A stretch of DNA of 64,000 nt, taken from contig CAXHJY010001022.1 in NCBI GenBank assembly GCA_964016885.1, forward strand, positions 9,520-73,519. The letters are read 5' to 3'. Shown in pieces: positions 33,901 through 51,172 of the stretch (position 1 is its first letter; each line of letters starts with the position of its first letter). The notes under the pieces are model-generated. The model was not told where the DNA came from and searched no databases. It worked only from the letters and a program-made list of their open reading frames with translations. This DNA comes from Eledone cirrhosa (Eukaryota). The position numbers were made by a program, and so were the translations under genes.

Positions 33901-34433
33901 TGTTTAGTTGAATTGATTGGATATCCTATTTGATCCAGTATTTGAAAACAACGGATTTTTCTATATTCCCCTCTATTTGATGTTTCCTTTATTTTCTTTA
34001 TTTTCGTTACCCCCCTCTGTTCCCTTTACTTTACTTTCCTTACACCTTCCCTCTTGTGTCGTTATTCCTCTTTCCTTTTTATATATTTCTTTTACTCATT
34101 AATCTTTTTATTTTTTATTATTTTATTAATTTATCTATTTATGTATGTATTTATTTATTTTTTCTTAACTTTCCTCTTCTTTACACCCTCTCTCATATCA
34201 CTAATTTTCTCTACGTCCTTTTCTTCTTTAAGTTTATCATATTATTTGTGGTATATACACGTTGAGATTTTATGTAATAAATCACTGCCAATACTGGAAT
34301 TGTATAATCAAGACCGTAGCGGTATGTCATATATCAAATCATATATTTTATCTGATGAAAACGTACTGAAAAAACAACACAAATATATATAATAAAGCAT
34401 ATAATTTGAATATCGTTCATTGTAAATATTTTG

Positions 34434-34440
<7 letters not shown>
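30960..34440 (+). mobile_element. Naiad-type PLE family E, degenerate, with SINE insertion
   Basis: FKDHK, PSKSDLG, MGSSDSAQVTD, FYRDG, FLDVTL, CNCRKQSECSL, NYIG spread over ORF fragments 30962-32949. AT-rich 3' region follows. Confidence 0.85.
31551..31681 (-). mobile_element. 5'-truncated SINE inside the PLE E RT
   Basis: Reverse complement of the SINE. Probable TSD taataat. Confidence 0.82.
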
Positions 34441-34468
<28 letters not shown>

Positions 34469-34509
34469 GAAAATAAAACAAAGAAGCCTTCAATACATCA
34501 AAAGTCTTT

Positions 34510-34554
34510 ATTAGCCAACAATGTTTCGTCCTATTAAGGACTCATCAGGGCAAT
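34510..34554 (-). ncRNA. Minimal hammerhead, family C inverted arm
   Basis: Reverse complement of 36187-36231. Confidence 0.82.
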
Positions 34555-36186
34555 CAAAACCACAAGAAGTACTATCGGCCAATACAAGCCGAAAACTCCG
34601 AAGAATATGGAGTGTACATACACTAAAGTATTGGAAGATTATGGGTAAAAATATATAATAAAAATCACTAAGGAGGTGGATAACATTTTGAACCATATTA
34701 CAAATATAGTCCAAAGCAAAAAAACTAAAGGTGGTTATATAGAGCAGGAATTATAGTACTATATATAATACAATATAATATAATATAATATACTTGTAAC
34801 AATATTAAAATTAAAATTAAAAGGCACAATATACATATGTATATATGTACGCACAAGTACGCACGTATACATATACATCAATACACATTTCCATCATTAA
34901 CAGCACAAATTAAACCTTATTAAGAGTTTAAATATAAATAAGCATAATAGGAATAAAAATAATAATAATACATATATCTAATATACAGTATAACATGAAG
35001 TAATGAAATGATTAAAAGTAAAACATATAATATATAATAAACTATATAATTATATAATATATAATATAATATAATAGATAATCTCCGATTAATTTACACA
35101 AACAATATAGATGTCACAATAATACTATAATAATAATATAATAACATATAATATATAATGGCATGTAAGTTAACAAATCAATTCATGTAGAGTTACAGAG
35201 TAGAGCAGAAAAAAATATATATTGTACAATACCCAAAATTATGATGGTACAAAAATATAAACATCTTACATGATATATAAAATTTAACATATCATAATGG
35301 TACATAAAATCATCGGTAAGTAATAAGGATCAATAGTACAATAACAACTTCAATATGAAATAAAATAATGAACATAATATAATATATAATTACTTATAAT
35401 TAAAAGGTTGGTAAACAGACACATATGTGAATGAGTGAATAAGGGCCAGACAGAAAATACTATGCACAGTAGTATTAATAAATAAATAAATAAAATCAAA
35501 CGGAAATTAAAAAACAAAAACAAAAGTATTTACTTAGGTCTCACATGCAGTTAAGTAAAAACTTAGGAAAAAACCCAGATAAATGACTAGAAAACCCTAT
35601 TTGATAAATTAATATTGAAAATATTTAATATACCTAATAAGGCAATACAATATTAGCTATGGTTTAAGTAATAAAAATTCCTAAACATTAATATTTCACT
35701 ATAAATATATATATAAAGGAATGAAATATTCTACTATCATTTACATGTTATACTGTATATTAGATATACGTATTATTATTATTTTTATTCCTATTATGCT
35801 TATTTATATTTAAACTCTTAATAAGGTTTAATTTGTGCTGTTAATGATGGAAATGTGTATTGATGTATATGTATATGTGCGTACGTGTGCGTACATATAT
35901 ACATATGTATATTGTGCCTTTTAATTTTAATTTTAATATTGTTACAAATATATTATATTATATTATATTGTATTATATATAGTACTATAATTCCCGCTCT
36001 ATATAACCACCTTTAGTTTTTTTGCTTTGGACTATATTTGTAATATGGTTCAAAATGTTATCCACCTCCTTAGTGATTTTTATTATATATTTTTACCCAT
36101 AATCTTCCAATACTTTAGTGTGTGTACACTCCATATTCTTCGGAGTTTTCGGCTTGTATTGGCTGATAGTACTTCTTGTGGTTTTG

Positions 36187-36231
36187 ATTGCCCTGATGAG
36201 TCCTTAATAGGACGAAACATTGTTGGCTAAT
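36187..36231 (+). ncRNA. Minimal hammerhead, family C 5' pLTR
   Basis: attgcc-CTGATGA-gtcct taat aggac-GAA-acattgt-T-ggctaat. Confidence 0.85.
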
Positions 36232-36418
36232 AAAGACTTTTGATATATTGAAGGCTTCTTTGTTTTATTTTCATAATTCTTCGGCTCTGTTTAATTACAT
36301 TGAGCTATACCTTTTACTGTCATTTCTATAATACGAAGAGGGTGTTTAACTCCAACACGCTCCAGTATTTTAATCCTTGTCACTGCTCCCGATTGGTTGA
36401 GCTTCCGCCTATATACTG

Positions 36419-39110
36419 GTGTTTTTGCCTTTATATATATCTGACAGTATGCTAACAAAGAGTTACCTGCCTTTATCTCTGAAGAATATTCCCACCCCCT
36501 CTAAGAATACTTACGAAAAACCATTGATTGCTAGTGGTAACTCCTTCGTAAAAAGGATTAGATGGCGTGCTTTCCACTATGATATTAATAGGAATAGGAA
36601 GGACCCCAGGAATAGAACAAATTTTAATAACTATGGCTTCAAAACTTATATGAGCCCACCACATAATGTTCTATTAGATAATTGTGAAAGTGACTTACTC
36701 TCTCTTGTCAAAAATATTAAGTATAGGCCAAATAATAGACATAGAAATTATAATAAATTTGATAACTTCCAGTCTAGACTTAAAAATATTGTTAAGGGTT
36801 TTAGTGCGAATAAGTCTATTATTGTCCCGGCGGATAAGACTAAGAATCTATACTCTATGGATTACAGTGCTTACCGTGACTTTCTTTATAAGGAGCTGCA
36901 TAGAAATTATAAAAAGACTACGCTAGATAATTTGAACCATATCAATTGTGAGGGTCTTAAAATAGTCTCGGACCTCGGGCTTGATAAGTACACCCAGCCA
37001 TATTACCCTAGAGAACCGAGATTCACTATTAAGGATCATAAGGTAGACTTCATTAGTAACCCCTCTGTTAGACTCATCTGTCCTTCTAAGTCCGATATAG
37101 CCATAATCAGTAAAAAAATCCTTGACCTTATTATACCAGATGTTAGGGATAAAGTTAATTTTAACCTATGGGGGAACACTAAGGAAGTTATACATTGGTT
37201 CTCTGGGATTAATAAACTTGAATCTAATAAGTTTATCCAGTTCGATATTGATGTCTACTACACATCGATTTCACCCATCCTCCTCAATAAAGCCTTAATG
37301 TTGGCCATGACAGTGTCCAGCCTTACACGATCACAGGTAGATATTATACTAGCAGCCCGTAGAACTATTATTAATTTTGAGGACACATCTTGGACCCGTA
37401 AAAACACGCCCAACAATTTCTACGTTACAATGGGTTCGAGTGATTCGGGCCAGGTAACTGATCTTGTTGGGTTGTTCCTCCTAAATGAACTATATGTTAC
37501 CTTTCCGCACTTTAATGGCGGACTATATCGTGATGATGCATTGTTCGTAATTAACTCTAGCACCAACAATGTAGAACATAATAAGAAGAAGCTTTATAAG
37601 TTTATTTAAAAGCTATAACCTTTCGATCACGATAGATAGAAACGATAGAGCGGTCAACTTTTTAGATGTGACTTTGGACTTGGTCACTAATAGTTTTAAA
37701 CCCTTCTATAAGCCTAATGAAATACTTTCTTATGTTAGTCCGAATTCTAACCACCCCAAATCTATCATAAGCTCTATAATTAAGAGTGTATCTAATAGGA
37801 TTTCCACACTCTCTAAGGACGTAGGAATATTTAATGAACATGCGGAGTACTATAATAATTCCCTAGCTAATTCCGGTTACTCTAGTAAAATACATAATAA
37901 TAATAGTAACCTTAGAAATTCTCCGCTTACTTATAATAATAATAACATAATATCCCATAACATGGCCATGAATGGGAGTAGGAAGCATAATAATCGTAGA
38001 AATTACATAGGTGTATCTGAACCCATCCATAAGTTAACCCACCGGACTCGTAATAGGGAATCAAGTCGAACCCTCTGAGCGCTCACTCATTGGTGATGAT
38101 TTTGCTAGATCTAATTCTAATAATGTTGTTTCTACTGATCCTATTATTGGCCCTAATCCTTTTGATAGGATTCCAGACAGCAGCAGATCTACTAGAGGTA
38201 GAAACATTAAGAGATATAATGGAATTTTGGCTGATTCTAATAATGCGGTTTTAACTAATCCTTGTAATAACCCTATCTTAATAATGGGATATTAGATAAT
38301 GGTAGAGTCGGAAAGGATAAAAATAGAAGGAGACTAAATACTTATTTTAACCCGCCATATAATCAGGAAGTATTAACTAATATCCCTAGGTCTTTCTTTT
38401 CTATCTTAGAGAAACATTTCACCCCTTCTCATAAATACCATAGTATTTTTAATAAAAATGTTATTAAACTTTCATTCTCTACCACCCCTAATATTAGTTC
38501 TCATTTAGCTAGCACTAACAATAGGAAAATTAGGGATGGATACTCCTCTCTACATACTACTAGTCTGAACAGATCTGGAAATGCCTTACCACCAGAGCAG
38601 ACCTTATCTAATAGTAATCCTACGTTTAATGCATCACTACTTCAGCCAATCAATAGCACCCGGAAGTGTAACTGTAGAGTGAGTGCTAACTGCCCTTTAA
38701 ACGGTAACTGCCTCTCTAAGAACATCGTCTATGCTTGCGTAGTTATAACTAATTCCTCTAATAGAACTTATATAGGCTCTACATCTAACACTAGGTTTAA
38801 TTCTCATATCTCTAATTTCAAACATGTTAAGTTTAAGAATTCTATTTCTTTAGCACCCTATATCTGGGATCTTAAGGGGGCTAATATACCATATAGCCTT
38901 AATTGGCGTTTAGATGCACGCTCTAATAACCTTTCTACACATACTAAATTGTGTAATCTCTGTATCCTCGAGACACACTCTATAATGTTCTCTAGTGAAT
39001 CCTTACTTAATAGAAAGTCTGAGATATTCTCTTCTTGCCCCCACGCTATTTCTAATTCTTACTTATATTATAAAACTAAAGGTTCTAGTAGTGTAAATTG
39101 TATCCATTAG
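36419..39110 (+). pseudogene. PLE RT-GIY-YIG ORF with frameshifts/stops
   Basis: ADKT, FIQFDID, MGSSDSGQ, LYRDDA, CPLNGNC, TYIGST, CNLCILE, SCPH. Confidence 0.92.
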
Positions 39111-40780
39111 CTGATATATTCCATTACTTATTTTTTTTAGTTTAGGTTCTTTTTGTTTACCACCATTATTATCATCATTATTATCATTGGTTTTTGACAA
39201 CTTTTTATTCTAGCTCTCATAATCTTTTGGCTACTATACCATATCTATCTTCTTACACATTAAATTTTCACTATTAACACCTTATGAGTATATATCTGAT
39301 TATATATTTGATATTATTTTATTTTATTTCATTTTATTTTATTTTATTTGGATTCTTCTTTGGGTAACCCCTCTCCTCCCCCCCCCCATGCACACATAAA
39401 CTTATTGCCAACCCCTTCAGATATATTATGATTATATTTAATCTCCCCCTCTTTTATGCTCCTTTCTATTATATAATACAGTATATTGATTATGATTTTA
39501 AGCTCCTTTGTATCCTGGATACATTTCTTTTTTTCTGTCCCTATTAGCCTACCATAATTCTGCTTAAGTCAGTTTTTTAGATATCGTTATGTAAATGATA
39601 GTAGAATATTTCATTCCTTTATATATATATTTATAGTGAAATATTAATGTTTAGGAATTTTTATTACTTAAACCATAGCTAATATTGTATTGCCTTATTA
39701 GGTATATTAAATATTTTCAATATTAATTTATCAAATAGGGTTTTCTAGTCATTTATCTGGGGTTTTTCCTAAGTTTTTACTTAACTGCATGTGAGACCTA
39801 AGTAAATACTTTTGTTTTTGTTTTTTAATTTCCGGTTGATTTTATTTATTTATTTATTAATACTACTGTGCATAGTATTTTCTGTCTGGCCCTTATTCAC
39901 TCATTCACATATGTGTCTGTTTACCAACCTTGTAATTATAAGTAATTATATATTATATTATGTTCATTATTTTATTTTATATTGAAGTTGTTATTGTACT
40001 ATTGATCCTTATTACTTACCGATGATTTTATGTACCATTATGATATGTTAAATTTTATATATCATGTAAGATGTTTATATTTTTGTACCATCATAATTTT
40101 GGGTATTGTACAATATATATTTTTTTCTGCTCTACTCTGTAACTCTACATGAATTGATTTGTTAACTTACATGCCATTATATATTATATGTTATTATATT
40201 ATTATTATAGTATTATTGTGACATCTATATTGTTTGTGTAAATTAATCGGAGATTATCTATTATATTATATTATATATTATATAATTATATAGTTTATTA
40301 TATATTATATGTTTTACTTTTAATCATTTCATTACTTCATGTTATACTGTATATTAGATATATGTATTATTATTATTTTTATTCCTATTATGCTTATTTA
40401 TATTTAAACTCTTAATAAGGTTTAATTTGTGCTGGTAATGATGGAAATGTGTATTGATGTATATGTATACGTGCGTACTTGTGCGTACATATATACATAT
40501 GTATATTGTGCCTTTTAATTTTAATTTTAATATTGTTACAAGTATATTATATTATATTATATTGTATTATATATAGTACTATAATTCCTGCTCTATATAA
40601 CCACCTTTAGTTTTTTTGCTTTGGACTATATTTGTAATATGGTTCAAAATGTTATCCACCTCCTTAGTGATTTTTATTATATATTTTTACCCATAATCTT
40701 CCAATACTTTAGTGTATGTACACTCCATATTCTTCGGAGTTTTCGGCTTGTATTGGCCGATAGTACTTCTTGTGGTTTTG

Positions 40781-40825
40781 ATTGCCCTGATGAGTCCTTA
40801 ATAGGACGAAACATTGTTGGCTAAT
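40781..40825 (+). ncRNA. Minimal hammerhead, family C 3' pLTR
   Basis: Identical to 36187-36231. Confidence 0.85.
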
Positions 40826-40968
40826 AAAGACTTTTGATGTATTGAAGGCTTCTTTGTTTTATTTTCATAATTCTTCGGCTCTGTTTAATTACATTGAGCT
40901 ATACCTTTTACTGTCATTTTTATAAAACGAAGAGGGTGTTTAACTCCAACACGCTCCAGTATTTTAAT

Positions 40969-41009
<41 letters not shown>

Positions 41010-41012
<3 letters not shown>

Positions 41013-44000
41013 CAAATAGAAACTATATTTATAAAACCATATTTATTTCATTATACATATTTCAAGGATACCAAGTTAAACCATGGTATGCCTTCATCAG
41101 ACAAAATACAATATATACCAGTTTTATAAATAAACATTGACGTACCCTTTCAAAATGTGACCGTTACTTTTGGAAGACATCAGGATAGTGGTTTGTTTAT
41201 TTTAGTAAGTTGTAGTGTTAAGGATAAGTAAAATGACGGAGAGCGAGAGAGAAACGTGGAGAAAAGAAAGGGAGAGATAAATAAAGAAAAAGAGGAAAGA
41301 AAAAAAAGAAAAAAGAAAAAAAGAAAAAAGAAAAAAGAAAAAAAAAGAAAACAGAGGAAAACAACAGAGATATATCAAACCACCAGACAGAGAGAAAAAA
41401 CTCAAGAGAGAGAATATAGAGATAGAGAGAGGGGGAGAGAACGAAAACCTTAAGTCATGTCATATTAAGTTGAGTCAACAATTGAGATGAAATGAATAAA
41501 TAAAATTAGAAATATTAATATTCATGAATGGAATATACATATATAATATGAGAAATTAATCATTGTTTAATTATGATTAGATATTTAGTTTAAAATTTGA
41601 GATCAATATATTAAAAATTGGAATTTAAACATCACAAAATATATATATTGCTAGAGAAATTATCTATCGTATAGCACGTACATATAGGCAAAGATACATA
41701 AATATATTTATACACACACACTCATAAAATACACATTATATCTACTCCCGCATATAATATATATATACAAAGCATAAGTGATTGTTTTATTACTGCTATA
41801 CATTCCTTGTGTTATTAAATAAAAATTCTTAGTATATATATAAATATATAGGATTAACTTTCATGCATTTATGGCTGTTAAATTATGCATATATGCAATC
41901 AAAACTGCATGGGTAAGCATGTACATGTACATGTACACAATTCTTAGCTATACATATATAAATATGTGTGTGCATCTTCACCCAATTGGTAGACACGCGT
42001 CACTCATGCATATATACAGATAGACATATAATCATAAAAAAGCATATAACACATGTATATGTATGTTAATACACATATATAGATACATAGTCGTATAGAG
42101 ATAAGTATACATCAATATATTACATAGTACAATTGAGTATATAAAATACAAAATGATTATATTTTGGAAATATAATTATATCAATATAACTTAAAATTCT
42201 ACAAATATCAACATATTAAAATATTTTAAAATATTATAGAATATTTTAAGTTAAAATAATATGTTTAATAGATTTAGTGTAGAAATTTATCTTACGTATA
42301 TTTTAATGAAGATATTGAAAAGATAAACTTTTGAAAATTATGAGAAGCTATAAGAATAAAAACCAACCTAATAAAGGTTACACAAATTTGTTAGGTGGTT
42401 TATATGAAGGGCTTTACCTATCACTTCCCATTTTAAAGTGTATGGTATGTTACTTGATTTTAATGAGTGTATGTATGTCGATAGTGAGGTTACGTTGGTA
42501 AGTTTAGGGTTTCTGATCGAATGAAGGTGTGAATTATATCTGGACTTAAAGCTATTCGATGTTGAGCCTATATATACTTTCGAGATGTGATTAGCGGTTA
42601 CAGTACCGGAGTAGATTTTGTCTTTATTTAGGCAGTTCTTATTTAATGGGGATATCTTGTTAGGCCTACAATTACAATTGTTTTGGTAACTAGTATACTG
42701 GTTAAGCGGGTATGCATTTGAGTTGTTGTTTCTGTTTCTACTTCTAGTATTATGATTATCGTGAGTATTATTATTATTGGTATTATTAGTGTGACTTGCT
42801 GTATGGTCTTGTACTGTGTTATTGTTCAGGTTATTTATATGCTAAACATTATTACTTTGGTGTAATTTGAAGTACTTTTTAATCTTTCTCTTGTTGGTGC
42901 TGGCTATATGTCTGCTATGTTAGGTGTGGTGGAGTAGGATAATTGTGTTTTTGTTAAATAGGTTGTTGTATTTATGGTTAGTGGGAAGTTTTTCTCTAGA
43001 GTAGAGAGGAAAGTTATGTTTGTCGATACATTTAAGTTGAACGGGGGGTTAAACAACGTGCTACTTCTTCTATTCTTCTTATCGGTGTTATTCATACTAC
43101 TGTTTAGTGTGGTGTTAGGTTCCTTCTTATCAATATTTTCCTTTCTGTGGTGTTTCTTATGATTATTTTCTGTGGTGTGATTTAACTTTTTTATGGTGAC
43201 TTTTATATAGGAGTCAGGATTTTCAAAACGATGATCATATTTACTTTTATTCATGGCAATGTTGTGTGAAATTATATTAGGTTATCTATGGGTGGTTGAC
43301 GATTTAGGTTTAAATTTAATTTTAACTCTATGCCCAGAACGGGCTAAGGCTTCATTATAGTATTGGGAGGTACTATTAAATGTATTCTCGTTGTAAGAAA
43401 GGCTAGAGATTCTATTAGATACCCCTTTAATGATTGAGGTCAGTACATGTTTAAAGTGGGTAGAGTTGGTATTAACATAGAACAGTTTTTGATTAGATTT
43501 ATGATAAGATGTGTATTGTTTAGAGTCTAATTAGTGAGTGACGTCCAGGAAGCTAACATTGTTGGTGTTTTTATCTAAAGTGATACCTAAGTTATAGTTT
43601 TGAAATATTTTATGTAATTGTTTTATAGTTCTTTCTATATTGAACTTTTTATACTCTAAGAAAAACGGTGCGTCGTCTCGGTAGAGGCCACCGTTGAGGT
43701 AAGGTAGGTTCTTGTGTATTTCATTTAAGAGAAATAGACCGACATATCGGTTACCTGTGCCGAGTCACGAGATCCCATGGTGATATCGAAGTTGTTGGGT
43801 GTATTCTTGCGGGTCCATAGTTGGTGTTCAAATTTAATTATTGTTTTCCTGGCCGCAAGGATTATATCTACCTGGAATCTAGTGAGTTCACTATTGTTCA
43901 TGGCCATTATTAATGGTTTATTTAGGAGGATAGGTGAATTAGAGGTTTAGTAGAAGTGTATATCAAATTGGATGAATTTCTTCTTATTATTTTCATTAAT

Positions 44001-44830
44001 ACCATTAAACCATTCAATTACTTCACTAGTGTTTCCTCAGAGGTCAAAATGAATTGTTTGTTTAATTTGGGGGATTAATTTATCTAAATATTTTTTACTA
44101 ATAATACCAATATCGGATCTGGATGGGCAAATAAGTCTAATTGTGGGGTTGGTATTGAGTCATCCTTATGGTCTTTCAGAGAGGATCGGGGGGGGGGATT
44201 AGGGTGTACGGTTGAGTATATCTCTCTAGTCCTAATTTACATATTAAACTACGGGCTTCAATATTTATGTCATCCAGGTTTTTATGAGATGTTTTTTTGT
44301 AGTTCCTGTAAAGTTCTTTATATATAAATTCTCTATATGTATCGTAATCTAGGCTATATATGTGTTTAGTTATATCAGCTAGTACTGAGAATATTAAAGT
44401 TGTTTTATGGTGGAATTTAGGTTATTTAAGAAGTCGTTCATCTTATTGTTGTATTTCTTGTACTTAATCCTTTTAACAAGTGACACAAGGTCGTTTTCAA
44501 AAGTGTCCAGTAAGATATTGTGTGCAGGGTTTTATATATATTGAAGCCGTATGTTTCAAACGAAGGTGCATCTTGTTTCTTTCACAGCGCGGTTCCTATC
44601 ATAGTGGAATGCCTTCCATCTAACTCTTTTAATAACAGAGTTGACACTATTAATCAGTAGTTTTCGTATGTATCCCTAGATGGGATAGGTATTCACTCTA
44701 ACCTTAGCCTACTAAATAGGAAATCAAAGATCTTCTACACGTGTCCACATTACCATACATTCTCGTTCCACTACTTCAAACCTAGTAACTAATAATAATA
44801 ATAATAAAAATAAACATAAAGACCAATGTC
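41010..44830 (-). mobile_element. Naiad-type PLE family F, heavily degenerate
   Basis: MGSRDSAQVTD, GGLYRDDA (~43670-43695), FNPPFN, SYSTTPN. Ends are approximate. Confidence 0.8.
41046..41106 (-). ncRNA. Hammerhead ribozyme at the family F 3' end
   Basis: ttttgt-CTGATGA-aggcatacca...tggtatcctt-GAA-atatgtat-A-atgaaa. Confidence 0.72.
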
Positions 44831-44857
44831 GGAGATAACACAAGACCACCACCTTTT

Positions 44858-44915
44858 AATTTATCTAACTAGACCTTCATTTATTCAACTAGACTTTCAT
44901 TTATTCAACTAGACC
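44858..44915. repeat. 20-bp tandem repeat, 3 copies
   Basis: ttattcaactagac(c/t)ttcat. Confidence 0.75.
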
Positions 44916-45161
44916 GTCAGGAATATAGGACTACACCTTAATTAAAAGACCACACTGAGCTACATACAGTCATTAAACCCCTGTTTGATTTCTACCTTAC
45001 ACAATTAAAAGATTTAAATAATATAGACACTCTAATAAACTCTCAATATACAACACGAACAAAATAGCTGAGAACTGTGGATATAACTCCAATTACCCCA
45101 GTATATATTATGCAACTCACTATCCTGTCATAAAAAAACTTCAACTATATATGTATGTATG

Positions 45162-45257
<96 letters not shown>

Positions 45258-46373
45258 AGTGCTAAAGCTACAGACGGATTCTGCATTCGTTAGCTTGGCC
45301 GTGTTCTAAAGCTTCGTTAATGCTGTACTAAAATTTATATATATATATATATATAGGTGTATGTATATACATGTGTGTGTGTGTATATATATATGTATAT
45401 ATATATGCACACTCACACATATGTATATACCTTATATTATATATACATATACTAACTATGTAAAAACTATCTATTTGTAATAAACTAAATAAACAAAAGT
45501 GTTTAACCCCCTCCACACACATTTAAAAGACAACAATTGTATAACCAATAATATTTTATATTATATATACTATATAAAGATTAATTTATAACACTACTAC
45601 AATATTAAAACAACCCTTAATTTATCAACAACCTCAATTACATCCCTTTGTTATTAACTCCCTTTACAACTTCTTGTGTAAACTTATAAAAATGAGCAGC
45701 ATAACAGTATACCAACAGCTTAATAACGGTTAATACAAGCGCTAGAAAAGATAATTTGTAGATATAAAAAGGCATAAAATAATATACCTAAAATAACAAC
45801 GTGGCAAGTAATTTACATTTAACAAACAAACACCTATTGAATATAAACGACTGAAAATAATCCCATGGTTTAATAGCTGTGAGTAACAAATAACATATAC
45901 ACATACATACGAACTATAACACAACATGTAACTGACAATCACATACCCAACTATATCACGTGCTTTGCATTACACCTTACATAACAAATACCTACATTAT
46001 CACTACACGCCTCTCTAACAAATTGCACACTATCTTAAACATTTATAACAATTATAACATGCTTTAACACCCCAAACCAAATATGTTCATTTCAACTTTA
46101 TTATTGACACCTGTCTTGACTCCTGCACTGTACACCAATTTTCCTTGCTTATGAATGTTTTGCCTGTGTTTCTTATGCTTGTGATTTTTGGTTTCTGATT
46201 TTTATTTATACCTATTACACTTCCAAGCAGTGCTGCCTGTAATTGTGTTCTATCAAGTAGAACATCTTTTTAACTCCTGATTCTCCACATGATGCCTTTG
46301 ACACTAATAAGAATAATGTACCCTAAATGTTCTAAATGACTAGGATTTTAGTTACATGTTTCGACATTTCTTA

Positions 46374-46420
46374 TGCTGCGATGAAACCAGACTTCCCTCT
46401 GGAAGAAACAATTGTCAGCA
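46374..46420 (+). ncRNA. Degenerate hammerhead
   Basis: tgct-GCGATGA-aaccaga..tctggaa-GAA-acaattgt-C-agca, with a mutated core. Confidence 0.45.
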
Positions 46421-46461
46421 AATGAATGTTCTAAACTAACATATGATCGTTTTAACACTTA

Positions 46462-46489
<28 letters not shown>

Positions 46490-46497
<8 letters not shown>

Positions 46498-46590
46498 ATT
46501 ATTATTATGTAATAAACAACATAAGGCAATTATTCCATTTACCAGTGGTTTCTTAAAAGCAAAAGGTTTTGCTTTCAATCCTCAGAATCT
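46490..46590 (-). mobile_element. Family D 3'-end stub containing only the HHR
   Basis: Matches 22518-22610. Confidence 0.8.
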
Positions 46591-46601
46591 GTTTTTGTCT
46601 T

Positions 46602-47090
46602 TTAAGGACCATATGAGTTCTGAGAGAGCAGTGTTGGTTCTTTTAAGTTTGTATATGAATGATGATTATAGAGACGAGCTTTAAAAGAGGTGGAAGTGGA
46701 GCCAAAATAGGTGAAGGAATTGGTGCTAGTTATAATTTTACATTCATAAATTAAGTTTTTATCGAGACAATGGTTGTTGAGAGGACATTTATTTTTAATG
46801 CGGCAGTTGCAATTAGAGAGATTATTAATGAGTGACCTAGTGTTATCTATAGAAGGAATTGGATTGGAGAAGTTGTTTGCGATAGGAATAATAGGAATAA
46901 TAGTTTCTTGATTTAGAGTTGGATTATGAACATTTAGCGAAGTTGTGTTTGACGTTGTATTTGGGTTTACAGAAGTTAGCCTAGGGTTTACAATGACGTC
47001 AGGAGTACTATTACTGTTATTATGAAATTCAATATTATGAAATTCAATGTTTTTCTCCCCATCAACGAACTCATTATTAATACATATTAA
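46602..47090 (-). pseudogene. PLE linker/GIY-YIG fragment
   Basis: CNCRIKNKCPLNNHC, NLIYEC, TYFGST..FKARLYNH. Confidence 0.85.
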
Positions 47091-47823
47091 CTCTTTATTC
47101 GCATATATTATCAATTCCTTCAATATACAAACTTTAACTCCACATTATTTTTCTCAAATCCTTCTACACACAAACCTTAATAATTTTTCTCTTCGTTAAT
47201 TTTGAAATTGCCACAATATCTTATCAACATACATTTCTTTTTTTTGACGTTAGAATATTCATCCACAATTATTATTTTTTCTCTCTATCTTCATACATAA
47301 ATTCCCTTCGTTAATTTTCAAATTCCTTTAATTTATACATTATCTTCCAACGGTTCCCAACCTCTCTATGTAAAACTATATATCTTTTTCTCAGTTATAA
47401 AAACTATCTCTTTCCCTCTATCACCCATCTCTCCCTCTCCACCTTCACTCTCATCTCCTCCCCCTTTTTTCATCCTTTCCACCCCCCCTCCCTAAATAAA
47501 ATATTTTTTCCTCGCACATATCCTCCCTTCGTTAATTTTCAAAATTTTTTTTTTTAAATTTTTAATTGATACATTATCTTCCAACGGTTTTCAACCTCTC
47601 TATGTAAAACAATATATCTCCTCTCAGTTATAAAAACTATCTCTTTCTCTCTATCACCCATCTCTCCCTCTCATCTCCTTCCCTTTTTCATCCTTTCCAC
47701 CCCCCCTCTCTAAATAAAATATTTTTCACAATATCACACATCAATCTAAAACCACTTTTCATATGTTGATTTAAAACTGCACTATCCACAAGTGTTTTTT
47801 AGCCTTCATATCATGTTCTCTTG

Positions 47824-47890
47824 TTTTATCTGATGAAAACACAAATATTATTGCATGATGATGTTTGTTTTTGAAATGCGCATAATAAAA
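47824..47890 (+). ncRNA. Hammerhead ribozyme
   Basis: ttttat-CTGATGA-aaacac...tgttttt-GAA-atgcgcat-A-ataaaa. Confidence 0.75.
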
Positions 47891-48019
47891 TACATGGAAC
47901 TCCTTTAACCATCTTTTGAACTTATATTATGTATACTCCAGTCCTACAAACTGTAGAGTGCTTCTTATCCGATATCTGCATTGCTTTATTGTACTACAAT
48001 AAAACTCACCTCCTACATA

Positions 48020-50819
<2,800 letters not shown>

Positions 50820-51172
50820 TTAAACAATTAAGTTAAAAATGTACATCTACATATGCATACTGAAATACTAGTGTGTATATGAATACAAACACGTATACAT
50901 ATGTAGGTGTACCAAGTCTTTCACTGGTCGCTTTACAGTGAGCGGCCCAGCTATTCTGTATGTAAACACACAGACAAACCGGTTTTTAGAGTCACACTGG
51001 TTTTTCGGGGGAACACCTTCCCCCTATTCTCCAGAAAGCCAGACAAGGAATATTGACCTAGTTTCGTTGTTGTTACAACTCATCAGCAATGTTTACCTAT
51101 CTACCGGCCTTTCTGGAGAATTGTAAAAGCACATATCGTTATATGCTTTTTCTATGAAAATTAGTAGTGGGC

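Larger units (their letters stand above)
34463..40972 (+). mobile_element. Naiad-type PLE family C, full length, with direct pLTRs and 1.28-kb inverted 5' arm
   Basis: pLTRs at 35744-36378 and 40338-40972. 34463-35746 is an inverted copy of ~39589-40871. (TA)n at both ends. Confidence 0.93.

Noticed and set aside
36027-36230. Recurrent 67-aa ORF (MDYICNMV...) in four places
   Set aside because: It lies in the family C pLTR overlapping the HHR, and recurs only because the repeat does.
36419-39110. Selenocysteine-recoded Naiad ORFs, known for some Naiads
   Set aside because: Zn-knuckle and EN cysteines are ordinary Cys codons in the copies read. The breaks are frameshifts, or stops in a low-complexity linker such as TGA at 38076.
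41256-41453. Lys/Arg-rich ORF
   Set aside because: Purine-rich low-complexity 3' region of PLE F.
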